Assembly (NCBI GenBank): GCA_965204725.1
Contig: OZ242005.1
Coordinates: 4,640,001-4,704,000, forward strand
Direction of reading: 5' to 3'
DNA length: 64,000 bases
From: Candidatus Latescibacterota bacterium
GTDB taxonomy: Bacteria; Latescibacterota; UBA2968; UBA8231
Shown: positions 9,945 through 19,708 of the stretch, piece by piece
How the letters are laid out: every line of letters begins with the position of its first letter
Numbering within the stretch: the stretch's first letter is position 1
Translations under genes and position numbers: made by a program
The notes under the pieces: model-generated
What the model was told of the DNA's origin: nothing
The model's database searches: none
Seen by the model: only the letters and a program-made list of their open reading frames with translations

Positions 9945-11645
9945 ATGAGAACCTTTTCCAGACTTCTATGCCTTTGCCTCGTCGCGGCCGGCGTCCGAGC
10001 CGAGACCCCTTCGCCGCTGCTACAGGCCATGCGGGAAGAGTTGACGCGCTCCTCCAGTCTGCTTGCGGAGCAGCCGGTCTCGCCCTACTTCCTCAGCTAC
10101 GAAATTACCGAGACGCAGGGAATCAATGTCAGAGCCTCTTTCGGCGCGCTGACTTACAGCAATGAATCGCGCCGCCGCCAACTCGACATCGACCTGCGCG
10201 TGGGAGACTACGCCTTCGACAATACGCATCAGGTCCGCGGCGGCCCTAGGAATTGGTCCGACCGCTATTCGATGATCGAGATTCCCGTTGAAGACGACCC
10301 AGACGCCATTCGCAGCGTGCTCTGGTATCACACCGACAAAAAGTACAAGCGCGCCCTCGAACAACTGACCACAGTCAAGACCAACGTCCAAGTCAAGGTG
10401 GAAGAGGAGGACCAGTCGGACGACTTCTCCAAAGAGCCGGTTGAGCACTACGTCGAAGACATCGCCTCCTTTGACATTTCCCGCGACGAATGGGAGGCCA
10501 AGCTCAAAAAATACACGGCCCCCTTCGCCCAATACGGCGACATGTACGAAGCTGACGCTAGCCTGTGGGCCAATATCTCGACTCGCCAATACGTCAACAG
10601 CGAGGGCAGCGAGATCCAGACCTCGCAAGTGCTCTACCGCCTGTTCATCTACGCCTTCACCAAGGCCGACGACGGCATGGAATTGCCGCGCTACGAATCC
10701 TTCTCCGCCTTTGCCCCAGAGGGCCTGCCCAGCGACGACGAAGTCCTCTCCTTAGTGGATCGCATGATCGACGACTTGCACGCCTTGCGCGACGCTCCGG
10801 TGGTGGCCCCCTACGCCGGCCCGGCGATTCTCTCGGGCCGCGCCAGCGGCGTCCTCTTCCACGAAATTTTCGGGCACCGCATTGAGGGCCATCGCCAAAA
10901 GCGCGAGGACGAGGGCCAGACCTTTAAGAAGAAAATAGGAGAGAAAGTCCTGCCCGAGACCTTCTCGGTTTACTTTGACCCGACTCAGACGCGCAGCACC
11001 GGCAAGGATTTAGTGGGTGCTTATGCGTACGACAATCAAGGGGTCAAAGGACAGCGGGTGGCGGTGGTCGAGAACGGGATTTTTCGCCGCTTTCTCATGT
11101 CGCGCTCGCCGATCGAGAATTTCCCCCATTCCAATGGGCACGGACGCAAGCAGCCGGGCTATACCCCGGTGGCGCGCCAGTCCAACCTCATCGTCGAGAC
11201 CTCGGAGCCGCTGACCCGGGAGCAACTCAAGGAAATGCTCATTGACCAATGCCGCATGGAGGACCAGGAGTTCGGTCTCTATTTCGAGGACATCCAAGGG
11301 GGCTTCACCATCACGGGCCGCACCATACCCAACGCCTTCAACGTGCTTCCCATCATGGTGTACCGCATTTACACCGATGGGCGCGAGGAACTAGTGCGCG
11401 GCGTGGATCTAATCGGCACGCCGCTCACCGCCTTCAGCCAGATCGCCGCGGCCGACGATCAGATCGACGTGTTCAACGGCATCTGCGGGGCCGAGTCGGG
11501 CGGGGTGCCGGTGGCTGCGGTCTCGCCCGGCATTTTCATCTCGCAAATCGAAGTGCAGAAGAAGGAGAAGTCCCAAGAGCGCCGGCCCATCCTCCAAGCA
11601 CCGTTCTCCGAGTCCGCTGAAGAAGAAGCGGACGACCTCCCTTGA
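9945..11645 (+). CDS. TldD/PmbA family metalloprotease, catalytic subunit, with signal peptide
   Basis: FHEIFGHRIEG (HExxxH), YDNQG, SNGHGR, GICGAESG motifs. Confidence 0.88.
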   Translation: MRTFSRLLCLCLVAAGVRAETPSPLLQAMREELTRSSSLLAEQPVSPYFLSYEITETQGINVRASFGALTYSNESRRRQLDIDLRVGDYAFDNTHQVRGGPRNWSDRYSMIEIPVEDDPDAIRSVLWYHTDKKYKRALEQLTTVKTNVQVKVEEEDQSDDFSKEPVEHYVEDIASFDISRDEWEAKLKKYTAPFAQYGDMYEADASLWANISTRQYVNSEGSEIQTSQVLYRLFIYAFTKADDGMELPRYESFSAFAPEGLPSDDEVLSLVDRMIDDLHALRDAPVVAPYAGPAILSGRASGVLFHEIFGHRIEGHRQKREDEGQTFKKKIGEKVLPETFSVYFDPTQTRSTGKDLVGAYAYDNQGVKGQRVAVVENGIFRRFLMSRSPIENFPHSNGHGRKQPGYTPVARQSNLIVETSEPLTREQLKEMLIDQCRMEDQEFGLYFEDIQGGFTITGRTIPNAFNVLPIMVYRIYTDGREELVRGVDLIGTPLTAFSQIAAADDQIDVFNGICGAESGGVPVAAVSPGIFISQIEVQKKEKSQERRPILQAPFSESAEEEADDLP

Positions 11646-11670
11646 GCCATTCCATCCGGCAGGAGCCATC

Positions 11671-13440
11671 ATGTACAAAAGGACCTTTATCCACGTTCTG
11701 ACGACCGCGACCGCGCTGGCGTTTTCCGCGGTCCACGCCGAAGATAGCATTCTGCAACGCGCCCTGCGCGACGAACTGGTGCGCTCAACGCAGCAACTCC
11801 AACTCGAAGAGCTAGAGCGGCCCTACTTTGTCTCCTACCTCGTGCGCGAAGTAAAAACCAAGAGCAGCTCGGCGACCTTCGGCAGCCTGCTCAACAGCGA
11901 CGAGGGGCACTCGCGCCAACTCAGTGTCGAAGTGCGGGTCGGCGACTACGCGCTCGATAACACCAACTTCCGCTCGTTCTCCTTTGGCGGTTCGGGAGTG
12001 GTGCGCATGTACGGGGGTAGCATGCAACTGCCCCTTGAGGACGACTACGACGAATTGCGGCGCAAAATCTGGCTGGCCACCGACGGCGCTTATAAGAAGG
12101 CTCTTGAAGATCTGGCGAGGAAACGCGCGGCCTTGCAGAACAAAACCCGCACCGAGGAAATTCCCGATTTCAGCCGGGAAGAACCTGCCCCTGCAGTACG
12201 CGCAGAGCGGCCCGCTGTCTTGGATCTCGACTCGCTAGACCAGCGAGTGCGCCTGCTTTCGGGCCTATTCCGCGAGATGCCTGACGTCTATACGTCGCGG
12301 GTCCGTTTCAGCGGGTCCAACACCTTGGTCCACTATCTCAACAGCGAAGGCTCTTCCTTCTCCCGCACGCGCTCGTCGCTGGCCTTCACCGCAGTTGCCG
12401 CGACCCAAGCTCCCGATGGGATGCCGCTGGAGGACTTCGTCGCGGTGTACGCCCGTTCACCGGAAGACCTGCCTAGCTACGACGAGTTGGCCGCGCAGAT
12501 CAAGGCCATGGGCGAGCGTCTCAAGCAGCTCCGTCAGGCACCGCTGGTCGAGCGCTATACCGGCCCGGTAATTTTCGCGGGTCAAGCGGCCACCGAACTG
12601 TTCAACCAAGGGTTTGTACCGTACATGCTATCGACGCGGCGGGCACTGACCGACAACCCGAGCTATGAGCGTTTCTACCCCCAGAAAAAGGAAAACCCTT
12701 TCTTGGACAAAATTGGCGTGCGCGTCCTGCCCGAATTCCTCAGCGTGCGCGCCGAGCCGCTCATGGACGCCTACAAAAAGCAGCCCCTGTTCGGTGGCTA
12801 CCGGGTTGACGACGAAGGCGTACTGGCGCGCCCTATCCGCCTAGTGCGGAACGGTGTGCTGGAGACGCTGTTGACCACGCGGACGCCCGTGCGCGGTATT
12901 GACCAGAGCACCGGCAGCCGCCGAGGCGCGGGCGTCGCCCCCAGCAACATTCTGGTCGAGGCGGAGAAGGGCCTGAGCGAAAAGCAGGTCCGCAAGGAAT
13001 TCTTCAAGCTGATCAAAAGACAGAAGAAACAGTACGGCTACATCGTCACCCACATCGCCAACTCGTCATACAACATTCTCGAACCTCAGGTTATCTACTA
13101 TTCCTCTGGTTCCGACGACGAGGACGAGTTGGAAAACGCGATCTTCGTCTATAAAGTCTATCTCGACGGCCGCGAGGAGCTCGTGCGCAATGCGGAGTTT
13201 GCTGGCATCGGCCTTTATACCTTCAAGGACATCGTAAAGGTGTCCAAGACGCATGCGGTCAACACCGTCCCCTTTCGCTCGGAGGACAACTCCTCTCCTT
13301 TTTCTAGAGGGCGCAGTGATGAAGTCCTAGTGAGTATTGTCACGCCTCGCTTGATCCTGTTTGAGGACATCACGCTCAAGCCTCCTAGCGGCGAGATCCC
13401 CAAAGCACCTGTGTCCGTACATCCCTACTTCGACAAGTGA
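11671..13440 (+). CDS. TldD-related (TldE/PmbA-like) non-catalytic partner, with signal peptide
   Basis: Paralogous to the upstream gene (PYFVSY, VRVGDYALDNT, DDEGV, GREELVR) but lacks HExxxH. Confidence 0.82.
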   Translation: MYKRTFIHVLTTATALAFSAVHAEDSILQRALRDELVRSTQQLQLEELERPYFVSYLVREVKTKSSSATFGSLLNSDEGHSRQLSVEVRVGDYALDNTNFRSFSFGGSGVVRMYGGSMQLPLEDDYDELRRKIWLATDGAYKKALEDLARKRAALQNKTRTEEIPDFSREEPAPAVRAERPAVLDLDSLDQRVRLLSGLFREMPDVYTSRVRFSGSNTLVHYLNSEGSSFSRTRSSLAFTAVAATQAPDGMPLEDFVAVYARSPEDLPSYDELAAQIKAMGERLKQLRQAPLVERYTGPVIFAGQAATELFNQGFVPYMLSTRRALTDNPSYERFYPQKKENPFLDKIGVRVLPEFLSVRAEPLMDAYKKQPLFGGYRVDDEGVLARPIRLVRNGVLETLLTTRTPVRGIDQSTGSRRGAGVAPSNILVEAEKGLSEKQVRKEFFKLIKRQKKQYGYIVTHIANSSYNILEPQVIYYSSGSDDEDELENAIFVYKVYLDGREELVRNAEFAGIGLYTFKDIVKVSKTHAVNTVPFRSEDNSSPFSRGRSDEVLVSIVTPRLILFEDITLKPPSGEIPKAPVSVHPYFDK

Positions 13441-13516
13441 ACGTTGTGTTATGACGCTGAGGAACGGTCTGAAAACTCATGTTGCTTTTAGCTCGCCTTG
13501 CCTGACGACGCTAGGC

Positions 13517-13570
13517 GTCATTCCCGCGAAAGGACGTCACCCCGTGCCCCGACACGGGGCGGGAATCCAG
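13517..13570. repeat. REP-like palindrome containing a nested second palindrome
   Basis: GTCATTCCCGCGAAAG...GCGGGAATCCAG interrupted by GTCACCCCGTGCCCCGACACGGGG (13536-13559). Confidence 0.7.
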
Positions 13571-13605
13571 AAAAGGACCCAGCCGAGTTTCTAAGGAGGA
13601 ATGCC

Positions 13606-14307
13606 ATGAAAACTATCCAGCGGGGCCTATGCCTTGTTGCAGTGCTCTTTGTTTTAAGCTGTTCGCAAGAAAAAACCATTGCCAGAAATGGTTCGTCGAT
13701 GCCCGAGTCGTTTGTCGTGGTCAACGATGCGATCCCATCTCTCATTTTTGATATCCGATATTATTCAGATGATAATTTTTTGGGAACAAAAGTGAGAGGG
13801 TATGAAAGCGCGAAGTGCATTCTCACCAAGCCGGCCAGTGAAGCACTCAAAGAAGTACAGCGCGAACTAAGCGAGGCAGGGTACACGTTGAAAATTTTTG
13901 ATTGCTATCGCCCGCAAGAAGCAGTGGATCATTTTGTAGCATGGGTACGCGATGTAGGCGATCAAAAAATGAAGGCGCAGTACTATCCCAACGAAGACAA
14001 ATCTCAACTCATCGACAAGGGTTATATCGCAGACCAATCGGGCCACAGCAGGGGCAGCACACTCGATTTGACTTTGGTCGAGAACTCGAGTTCTACAGAG
14101 TTGGATATGGGTACGCCGTTTGATTATTTCGACACATTGTCCAACACGGACGATCCGCGAATTTCGGCGCAACAGAGACGCAATCGGCTGCTATTAAAGG
14201 CCGCGATGGAAAACCACGGCTTTGTGAATTACGACAAAGAATGGTGGCACTATACGCTTAAAGACGAACCGTATCCAGACACGTACTTTGATTTTCCTGT
14301 GAGGTGA
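13606..14307 (+). CDS. ddpX: D-alanyl-D-alanine dipeptidase (M15D, VanX/DdpX family), predicted lipoprotein
   Basis: DCYRPQ, SGHSRGSTLD, DMGTPFD, EWWH motifs; RBS AAGGAGG; VLSC lipobox-like signal. Confidence 0.9.
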   Translation: MKTIQRGLCLVAVLFVLSCSQEKTIARNGSSMPESFVVVNDAIPSLIFDIRYYSDDNFLGTKVRGYESAKCILTKPASEALKEVQRELSEAGYTLKIFDCYRPQEAVDHFVAWVRDVGDQKMKAQYYPNEDKSQLIDKGYIADQSGHSRGSTLDLTLVENSSSTELDMGTPFDYFDTLSNTDDPRISAQQRRNRLLLKAAMENHGFVNYDKEWWHYTLKDEPYPDTYFDFPVR

Positions 14308-14366
14308 TGCTCGCGTTCACAGCAAACGTTGCAGGCTATAGGTTTATCTTCGTATAATAAATAACC

Positions 14367-14396
14367 TTGACATAGCAGGCAATTTCGGGCTATCTT
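14367..14396 (+). promoter_or_regulatory. Sigma70-type promoter
   Basis: TTGACA-N18-TATCTT upstream of the two-gene PIN cassette. Confidence 0.6.
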
Positions 14397-14508
14397 GATT
14401 AAGTATTCAACGCGACGTCTCAACGCAATTTACTTGTTCTATCACGTGCAACACTGCACGAGAGCAATCTCAGCACTGAATAGTGATTCTAATATAGGGG
14501 TGATTCCC

Positions 14509-15279
14509 ATGACTAATGCGACCTATCCTATTACACTTAGAAATGCTGAGCCTGAAACTACTCCCTTGGGAGAGTTCGCGAAACTGATTGGTAACTTAAA
14601 TACTATCATCGTTGAGACGGCTCATGCTTGCAACATAGAGCTACCCGAAGACCAAGCCGTTATTTCGCTAGTTGACGTAGAAAAGGGCAGCAATCGGCTC
14701 ATTTTTTCTTTTTTGCCTGCTATATGCCAGATTTTCGCCAAGGTAACGGATTCGGTTGAAGAAGGAGACTTTACTGCACTTCCGATAAAAGCTCACAATG
14801 CACTGCACGATATTTCTCATCAGGCAGAGAAGCAAAGATGGGATGTTTTGTTTGCAGAAGAACAAATGTATCGTATTCGGGAAACCGAAATATCGGCGCG
14901 ACGGCCAATAGCTCCTCCTCGACTTCAATTTATTAAAGGCACAACCACGATTTTTGGTAGGTGTGTACGGGTCGGTGGAAAAACGCCTAAAGTGGACCTC
15001 GCATTGCCTAATCGAAGACTACTTATTCACTGTGAGACGACGATGGAAATTGCAATCAGCCTGTCCCGGAGTCTGTACAAGAATGTCGCTTTACACGGAC
15101 GCGCTTTATGGGATCCTCATACTTTGGAATTGGTCGAGTTCAAGGCTACAGAAATCGCCAAGCAAACACACCATTCGCCGGTAAAAGCACTAGAAGAAAT
15201 TTCTGAACTAGTAGGGGACCAATGGAAAGATACTGACGTCATTGACTTTATCAATAAGACTCGTGCGGAAGGTGCTTAG
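14509..15279 (+). CDS. Hypothetical protein (256 aa), putative large antitoxin/sensor
   Basis: AT-richer ORF, RBS GGGGTG, ends 3 bp before the PIN gene; C-terminal GDQWKDTDVIDFINKTRAE resembles VapB-type tails. Confidence 0.7.
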   Translation: MTNATYPITLRNAEPETTPLGEFAKLIGNLNTIIVETAHACNIELPEDQAVISLVDVEKGSNRLIFSFLPAICQIFAKVTDSVEEGDFTALPIKAHNALHDISHQAEKQRWDVLFAEEQMYRIRETEISARRPIAPPRLQFIKGTTTIFGRCVRVGGKTPKVDLALPNRRLLIHCETTMEIAISLSRSLYKNVALHGRALWDPHTLELVEFKATEIAKQTHHSPVKALEEISELVGDQWKDTDVIDFINKTRAEGA

Positions 15280-15282
15280 ACG

Positions 15283-15762
15283 ATGGTCTGTCTCGACACA
15301 CATGTTATCATCTGGGGCATTAAAGGGGAAGCAACTCAAGGCCAAGAGGAAATGGTGCAACGAGCGAAGAGTTATATCAGACATCAGGACGAACAAGATG
15401 TGGAACTAATGGTTCCTGCACCAGTCGTAGCGGAAGCGATGGTACGAGGCGATGTTGATCAATTGCGAACCATCCGAACCATTCTCGAGCGATCCTTTTT
15501 TATCGCTTCATTTGACTCTCCCGCTGCGTTCCTAGCGGCAGAACTAGAGCGAGGTCGTAGTGTGGCTAAATTACTTGAAGAAGGAGAAGTTCCTCGTAAG
15601 CACATAAGAATAGATGCTCAGATTGCTGCCATTGCCATCGCCCAAAAGGCAGAAAAGATAATATCTCACGATCCACATATGCGTACGGTAGCACAAAATC
15701 ACATTCAAGTTACTGAATTACCGGATATTCTCGAACAGGGAGATTTGCAATTTCCTCAGTAA
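15283..15762 (+). CDS. PIN-domain (VapC-like) ribonuclease
   Basis: Four acidic motifs: LDTHVIIW, VVAE, IDAQIAAIA, SHD. Confidence 0.88.
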   Translation: MVCLDTHVIIWGIKGEATQGQEEMVQRAKSYIRHQDEQDVELMVPAPVVAEAMVRGDVDQLRTIRTILERSFFIASFDSPAAFLAAELERGRSVAKLLEEGEVPRKHIRIDAQIAAIAIAQKAEKIISHDPHMRTVAQNHIQVTELPDILEQGDLQFPQ

Positions 15763-15870
15763 GCATTTCTCTTCAGCTAACGTGCGTTCCCGCCTCAAGC
15801 TCACTCCAACTCCGGCGGCCCTTCGACGATGCGATTGGTTGCCATGCGCTAGTTCCGATAGCGTATTGTT

Positions 15871-17967
15871 TTAACAGGCTTCTGTCGCTGTCAGCACCAT
15901 CAGTCCAACCTCGTCAACGCGCACTTGGTACTGCGGATGGACGACCGTGGTTGAATCGATCTCCTCGACGATGGCCGGTCCTTGCACCTCTGCGCCAGCC
16001 CCCAGCGCATAGCGGTCGTACACCGGGCAATCGACGAATCCCTCGCGCTCGGCAAAATACACCGGGCGGTTTCCCTTTGTCGTTACCTCTCCGGCGGCCT
16101 TCGCCAGCGGCGCCAGCGCGGGTTTGGCGATCTGGCCGATGGCTGAGAGCCGCACACTGACCAACTCGATGTCCTCACCCGGTGCGCTGAAGCCATAGGC
16201 GCGCTCGTGTGTGCGGTGGAACTGGGCTAATAGCTGCTCTAGCTGGGCTGGGCCCAAGGCGCCGGTCGTCAACGGCAGCGTCAGCTCGTGGCTCTGCCCA
16301 ACGTAGCGCAGATCCACTTGGCGTCTGAATTCCATGGCCGCTTCCGCCATCCCTTCGCGCCCCAGCGTTTCCCGACCCTGCGTCTCCAACGTGCGGAAGG
16401 TCTGCTCTAGGGTTTGGGGAGCTACTTGGTCTAGCCGCTGGATAAGGGTGGTTGCGTAATCGTGTTTTAAGTCCGTCACCAACAGGCCCAACGCCGAGGC
16501 CGTGCCTGGGCTTTGGGGTATGATCGCCACGGGGATCTCGGTCAGGGCGGCGAGGCGATTGGCGTGAGCCGGCCCCGCGCCACCAAAGGCCACTAGCGCG
16601 AAGTCGCGCGGATCGTAGCCTCGCTGCACGGAGACCAACCGCAGCGCGTTGACCATGGCGGTGTTGGCGATCTCGACGATGCCATAGGCCGCCGCGACCA
16701 AATCCATGCCCAGCGGCCGGGCGCAATGTTGTTCGATGGCGCGTTGGGCGGCCGCCGGATCAATGGCGATTTCGCCGCCGAGGAAATAGCTCGGGTTGAG
16801 CCGTCCCAATACGAGGTTGGCATCGGTGACCGTGGGGTGCGTCCCGCCTTGGCCATAGCAGGCCGGCCCGGGATCGGCCCCGGCACTTTGAGGGCCGACC
16901 CGCAGGATGCCGCCGGGGTCCACCCAAGCGATGGACCCGCCGCCCGCGCCGATTTCCACGAGGTCAATCACAGGGGTGCGGATGGGATACCCCGCGCCGC
17001 GCGTCGCCCCAATGCCCGCTTGCGCGGTCGTTCCGACCTCGTAGTCCTTGGTTACGCTCGGCGCACCGTCTTGGATCAGCGCGGCTTTGGCCGTCGTTCC
17101 ACCCATATCGAAGGAAATCACGTGCTGATACCCCCGCGCCTGCCCCAGATGCGCGGCCGCAATCACACCGGCGGCCGGGCCGGACTCAACCATGTAAACC
17201 GGCTTTTGCCGTGCCGCCGCAAAGGGGTACACCCCGCCGCTGCTCTGCATTACGAGTAGCTCGGCGGCAATACCGGCCTGTGCCAACCGATTTTCGATCC
17301 GCTGCAAATAGCGTGCGACGACCGGACGGATGCAACTATTGATCGCGGTCGTGCTAGCCCGCAAATACTCGCGGAACTCGGGTGCCACTTCGGCCGACAG
17401 CGAGACGATGGCCTCGGGAAAGACTTCGGCGAGAATCGCCCCGGCCCGCCGCTCGTGGACGGGGTTGGCGTAGGCGTGCAAAAAGCAGACGGCGATGGCC
17501 TCCACGCCCTCCGCTCGCAGTGTGGCCGCTACTTGGCGCAGGGCGTCTTCGTCGAGCGGTGTCAGCACGGTGCCGCCGGCATTGAGGCGCTCGGGTACGC
17601 CAAAACAGCGGTGGCGCGGCACGAGCGGCCGGGGCTTTTCAAACTGCAAGTCGTAGAGAGCGGGACGAATTTGGCGGGCGATCTCCAGCATATCGCGGAA
17701 ACCCTCGGTGGTGATAAAGCCCGTTGGCGCGACCTTGCCCTCAATGATGGCGTTGGTGGCGATTGTGGTGCCGTGAACGATGTAAGCCACGTCTTTAGCG
17801 GCGATCTGCTGCTTGGCGAGCAGCCGCTGCACAGCTTCCATAAACCCGCCAGACGGGTCTTGGGGGGTCGAAGAGACTTTGCCGGTGTAGATGCGCCCCG
17901 TCGTCTCGTCAATGAGCGCAATATCGGTAAAGGTGCCGCCGATATCGACGCCGAGTCTATAGGCCAT
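15871..17967 (-). CDS. Hydantoinase A/oxoprolinase family subunit
   Basis: GVDIGGTFTD, HGTT.ATNA, ESGPAAG, DMGGT, GPQSAGADPGP motifs. Confidence 0.95.
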   Translation of the reverse strand: MAYRLGVDIGGTFTDIALIDETTGRIYTGKVSSTPQDPSGGFMEAVQRLLAKQQIAAKDVAYIVHGTTIATNAIIEGKVAPTGFITTEGFRDMLEIARQIRPALYDLQFEKPRPLVPRHRCFGVPERLNAGGTVLTPLDEDALRQVAATLRAEGVEAIAVCFLHAYANPVHERRAGAILAEVFPEAIVSLSAEVAPEFREYLRASTTAINSCIRPVVARYLQRIENRLAQAGIAAELLVMQSSGGVYPFAAARQKPVYMVESGPAAGVIAAAHLGQARGYQHVISFDMGGTTAKAALIQDGAPSVTKDYEVGTTAQAGIGATRGAGYPIRTPVIDLVEIGAGGGSIAWVDPGGILRVGPQSAGADPGPACYGQGGTHPTVTDANLVLGRLNPSYFLGGEIAIDPAAAQRAIEQHCARPLGMDLVAAAYGIVEIANTAMVNALRLVSVQRGYDPRDFALVAFGGAGPAHANRLAALTEIPVAIIPQSPGTASALGLLVTDLKHDYATTLIQRLDQVAPQTLEQTFRTLETQGRETLGREGMAEAAMEFRRQVDLRYVGQSHELTLPLTTGALGPAQLEQLLAQFHRTHERAYGFSAPGEDIELVSVRLSAIGQIAKPALAPLAKAAGEVTTKGNRPVYFAEREGFVDCPVYDRYALGAGAEVQGPAIVEEIDSTTVVHPQYQVRVDEVGLMVLTATEAC

Positions 17968-19696
17968 CGCCGGTCATCTCCCGCCGTTGCGCCGCGGTCG
18001 CGGCTTGATCGGCTTGCCCGGTGGTGCTGTCGATGACCACGCCATACTCCGCCCGCGCCCGCTCCGCGCTCACCTTGCCCTCGCGCACATCCTCGGCCAC
18101 CGCTTGAGGGTCGCGGCGATGGGGCGGTCCGTAGCCGCCGCCGCCGCAAGTGCGATAGCTGAAGACGGTATCGGCCGCGAGCGCAATCGTCGTCTTGGAC
18201 CCCAATTCGACGTGCTCCCCTTGGGGATCGAGGATGTACCGAGCCTTGCCCCCGGCTTGCCCTCCAGCCAGTCCTTCCGGTCCCCAGCGGTCCCGGTCCG
18301 ATAGAACGGTAAAGGACACTTCGTGATCGATAAATCGGTAGTCTCGCCGCAGTCCCAAGCCGCCGCGATATTGCCCGGCACCCTCTGAATCCTCTATCAG
18401 CTCATAGCGATCAATCCGCAACGGATAGTTAATCTCGATTTCCTCAATCGGCGCGTTCTCGGTGTTTTGACCGTGGCACTGCACGGCGTCCGGCCCGTCC
18501 TTAGTACTGCGCCCGCCATAGCCGCCCGCCATCGTCTCATAGTAGGAATAAAGCTGCCCGGTGCGCGGGTCTGTGCCGCCAAACCCCACTTGGCACATCG
18601 TCCCCTTGGTCGCGGCCGGTATTGTCTCGGGCAGTGCCGGATGCAGTGCCCTGAGCAGGACATCGGTGAGCCGCACTTGGGTCTCCCAGCCCCCAACCAC
18701 GGGCGAGGGGGCCGTGCAGTTGACGACCGTCCCCGCGGGAGCGACGAGCCGCACTTGGTCGTAAAACCCAGCGTTGACCGGCACGTCTTGGTCAATCAGG
18801 CACTTGAGTACGTACGCGCAAGCCGCATAGGTCTGCGCGTACGTGGAATTGACCGGGGCCCGGCGCTGGGGGTCGCACCCGGTTAGGTCGAAGAGCACCC
18901 CATCTTCGTCGATGACGACGCGGGCTTGGAGCCGCACGGGTTCGTCGGTAAAGCCGTCGTTATCGACGACACCAGCGGCCGTGAATTCCCCCTTGGGCAA
19001 TTTGCCTAACTCGGATAGGGTCCGCTCCCTAGTGTAGTCAATGAGCCGATCCATGTAGAAAGACGCCGGGGCCAGTCCAACCTGCTCGACGAGGGCGTTG
19101 AGCCGACGAATCCCCGAGTTGTTGGCCGCCACTTGGGCGCGAAAGTCGCCGCGCGTCTCCCGCTTGGAGCGAATTTGGGCAATGACCAACTCAAAGACAT
19201 CGGTCGCGATTTCCCCGCCGCGCACCAACTTTACCGGCGGGATGATGACGCCCTCTTGGTACACCTGCTGGAAGGCTCCAATGCTGGCGGGCGCACCGCC
19301 CCCCACATCGACGTGATGGGCGAGATTGGCGACATAGCCAAAAAGTTCCTCGCCGCAATAGACCGGCGAAATCAGGGTGATGTCGTTGAGGTGGACTCCG
19401 CCGCGATAGGGATCGTTGACGAGGATCGCGTCGCCGGCTTGCAAGCGCTCAGGCCCGTATTCGGCGACTGCGCGGGGCGTGAGGATGGTCAGCGAGCCGA
19501 GGTGGACCGGCTGGGTAAAGGCTTGGGCGACGGGCCGCAACTGGCGGTCGAAAAAGGCGCAGGAGAAATCGGCGCGGGTTTTGATGTTGGTGGAATACGC
19601 GCTGCGCCGGAGGGCGATGGCCATCTCCTCGGTAGCTTCGAGCAGGGCGTTGCGAATGACCTCGAATTGGATGGGGTCGATCTGGTCGGGCCGCAT
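17957..19696 (-). CDS. Hydantoinase B/oxoprolinase family subunit
   Basis: RSAYSTNI...DFSC, NDPYRGGVHLND, HHVDVGG, GAGQYRGG, GGGGYG motifs. Confidence 0.95.
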   Translation of the reverse strand: MRPDQIDPIQFEVIRNALLEATEEMAIALRRSAYSTNIKTRADFSCAFFDRQLRPVAQAFTQPVHLGSLTILTPRAVAEYGPERLQAGDAILVNDPYRGGVHLNDITLISPVYCGEELFGYVANLAHHVDVGGGAPASIGAFQQVYQEGVIIPPVKLVRGGEIATDVFELVIAQIRSKRETRGDFRAQVAANNSGIRRLNALVEQVGLAPASFYMDRLIDYTRERTLSELGKLPKGEFTAAGVVDNDGFTDEPVRLQARVVIDEDGVLFDLTGCDPQRRAPVNSTYAQTYAACAYVLKCLIDQDVPVNAGFYDQVRLVAPAGTVVNCTAPSPVVGGWETQVRLTDVLLRALHPALPETIPAATKGTMCQVGFGGTDPRTGQLYSYYETMAGGYGGRSTKDGPDAVQCHGQNTENAPIEEIEINYPLRIDRYELIEDSEGAGQYRGGLGLRRDYRFIDHEVSFTVLSDRDRWGPEGLAGGQAGGKARYILDPQGEHVELGSKTTIALAADTVFSYRTCGGGGYGPPHRRDPQAVAEDVREGKVSAERARAEYGVVIDSTTGQADQAATAAQRREMTGDGL

Positions 19697-19708
19697 GGTT
19701 CGAGGCCC

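Noticed and set aside
13606-14307. Vancomycin resistance locus (vanX)
   Set aside because: No vanA/vanH/vanRS nearby; stand-alone lipoprotein dipeptidase
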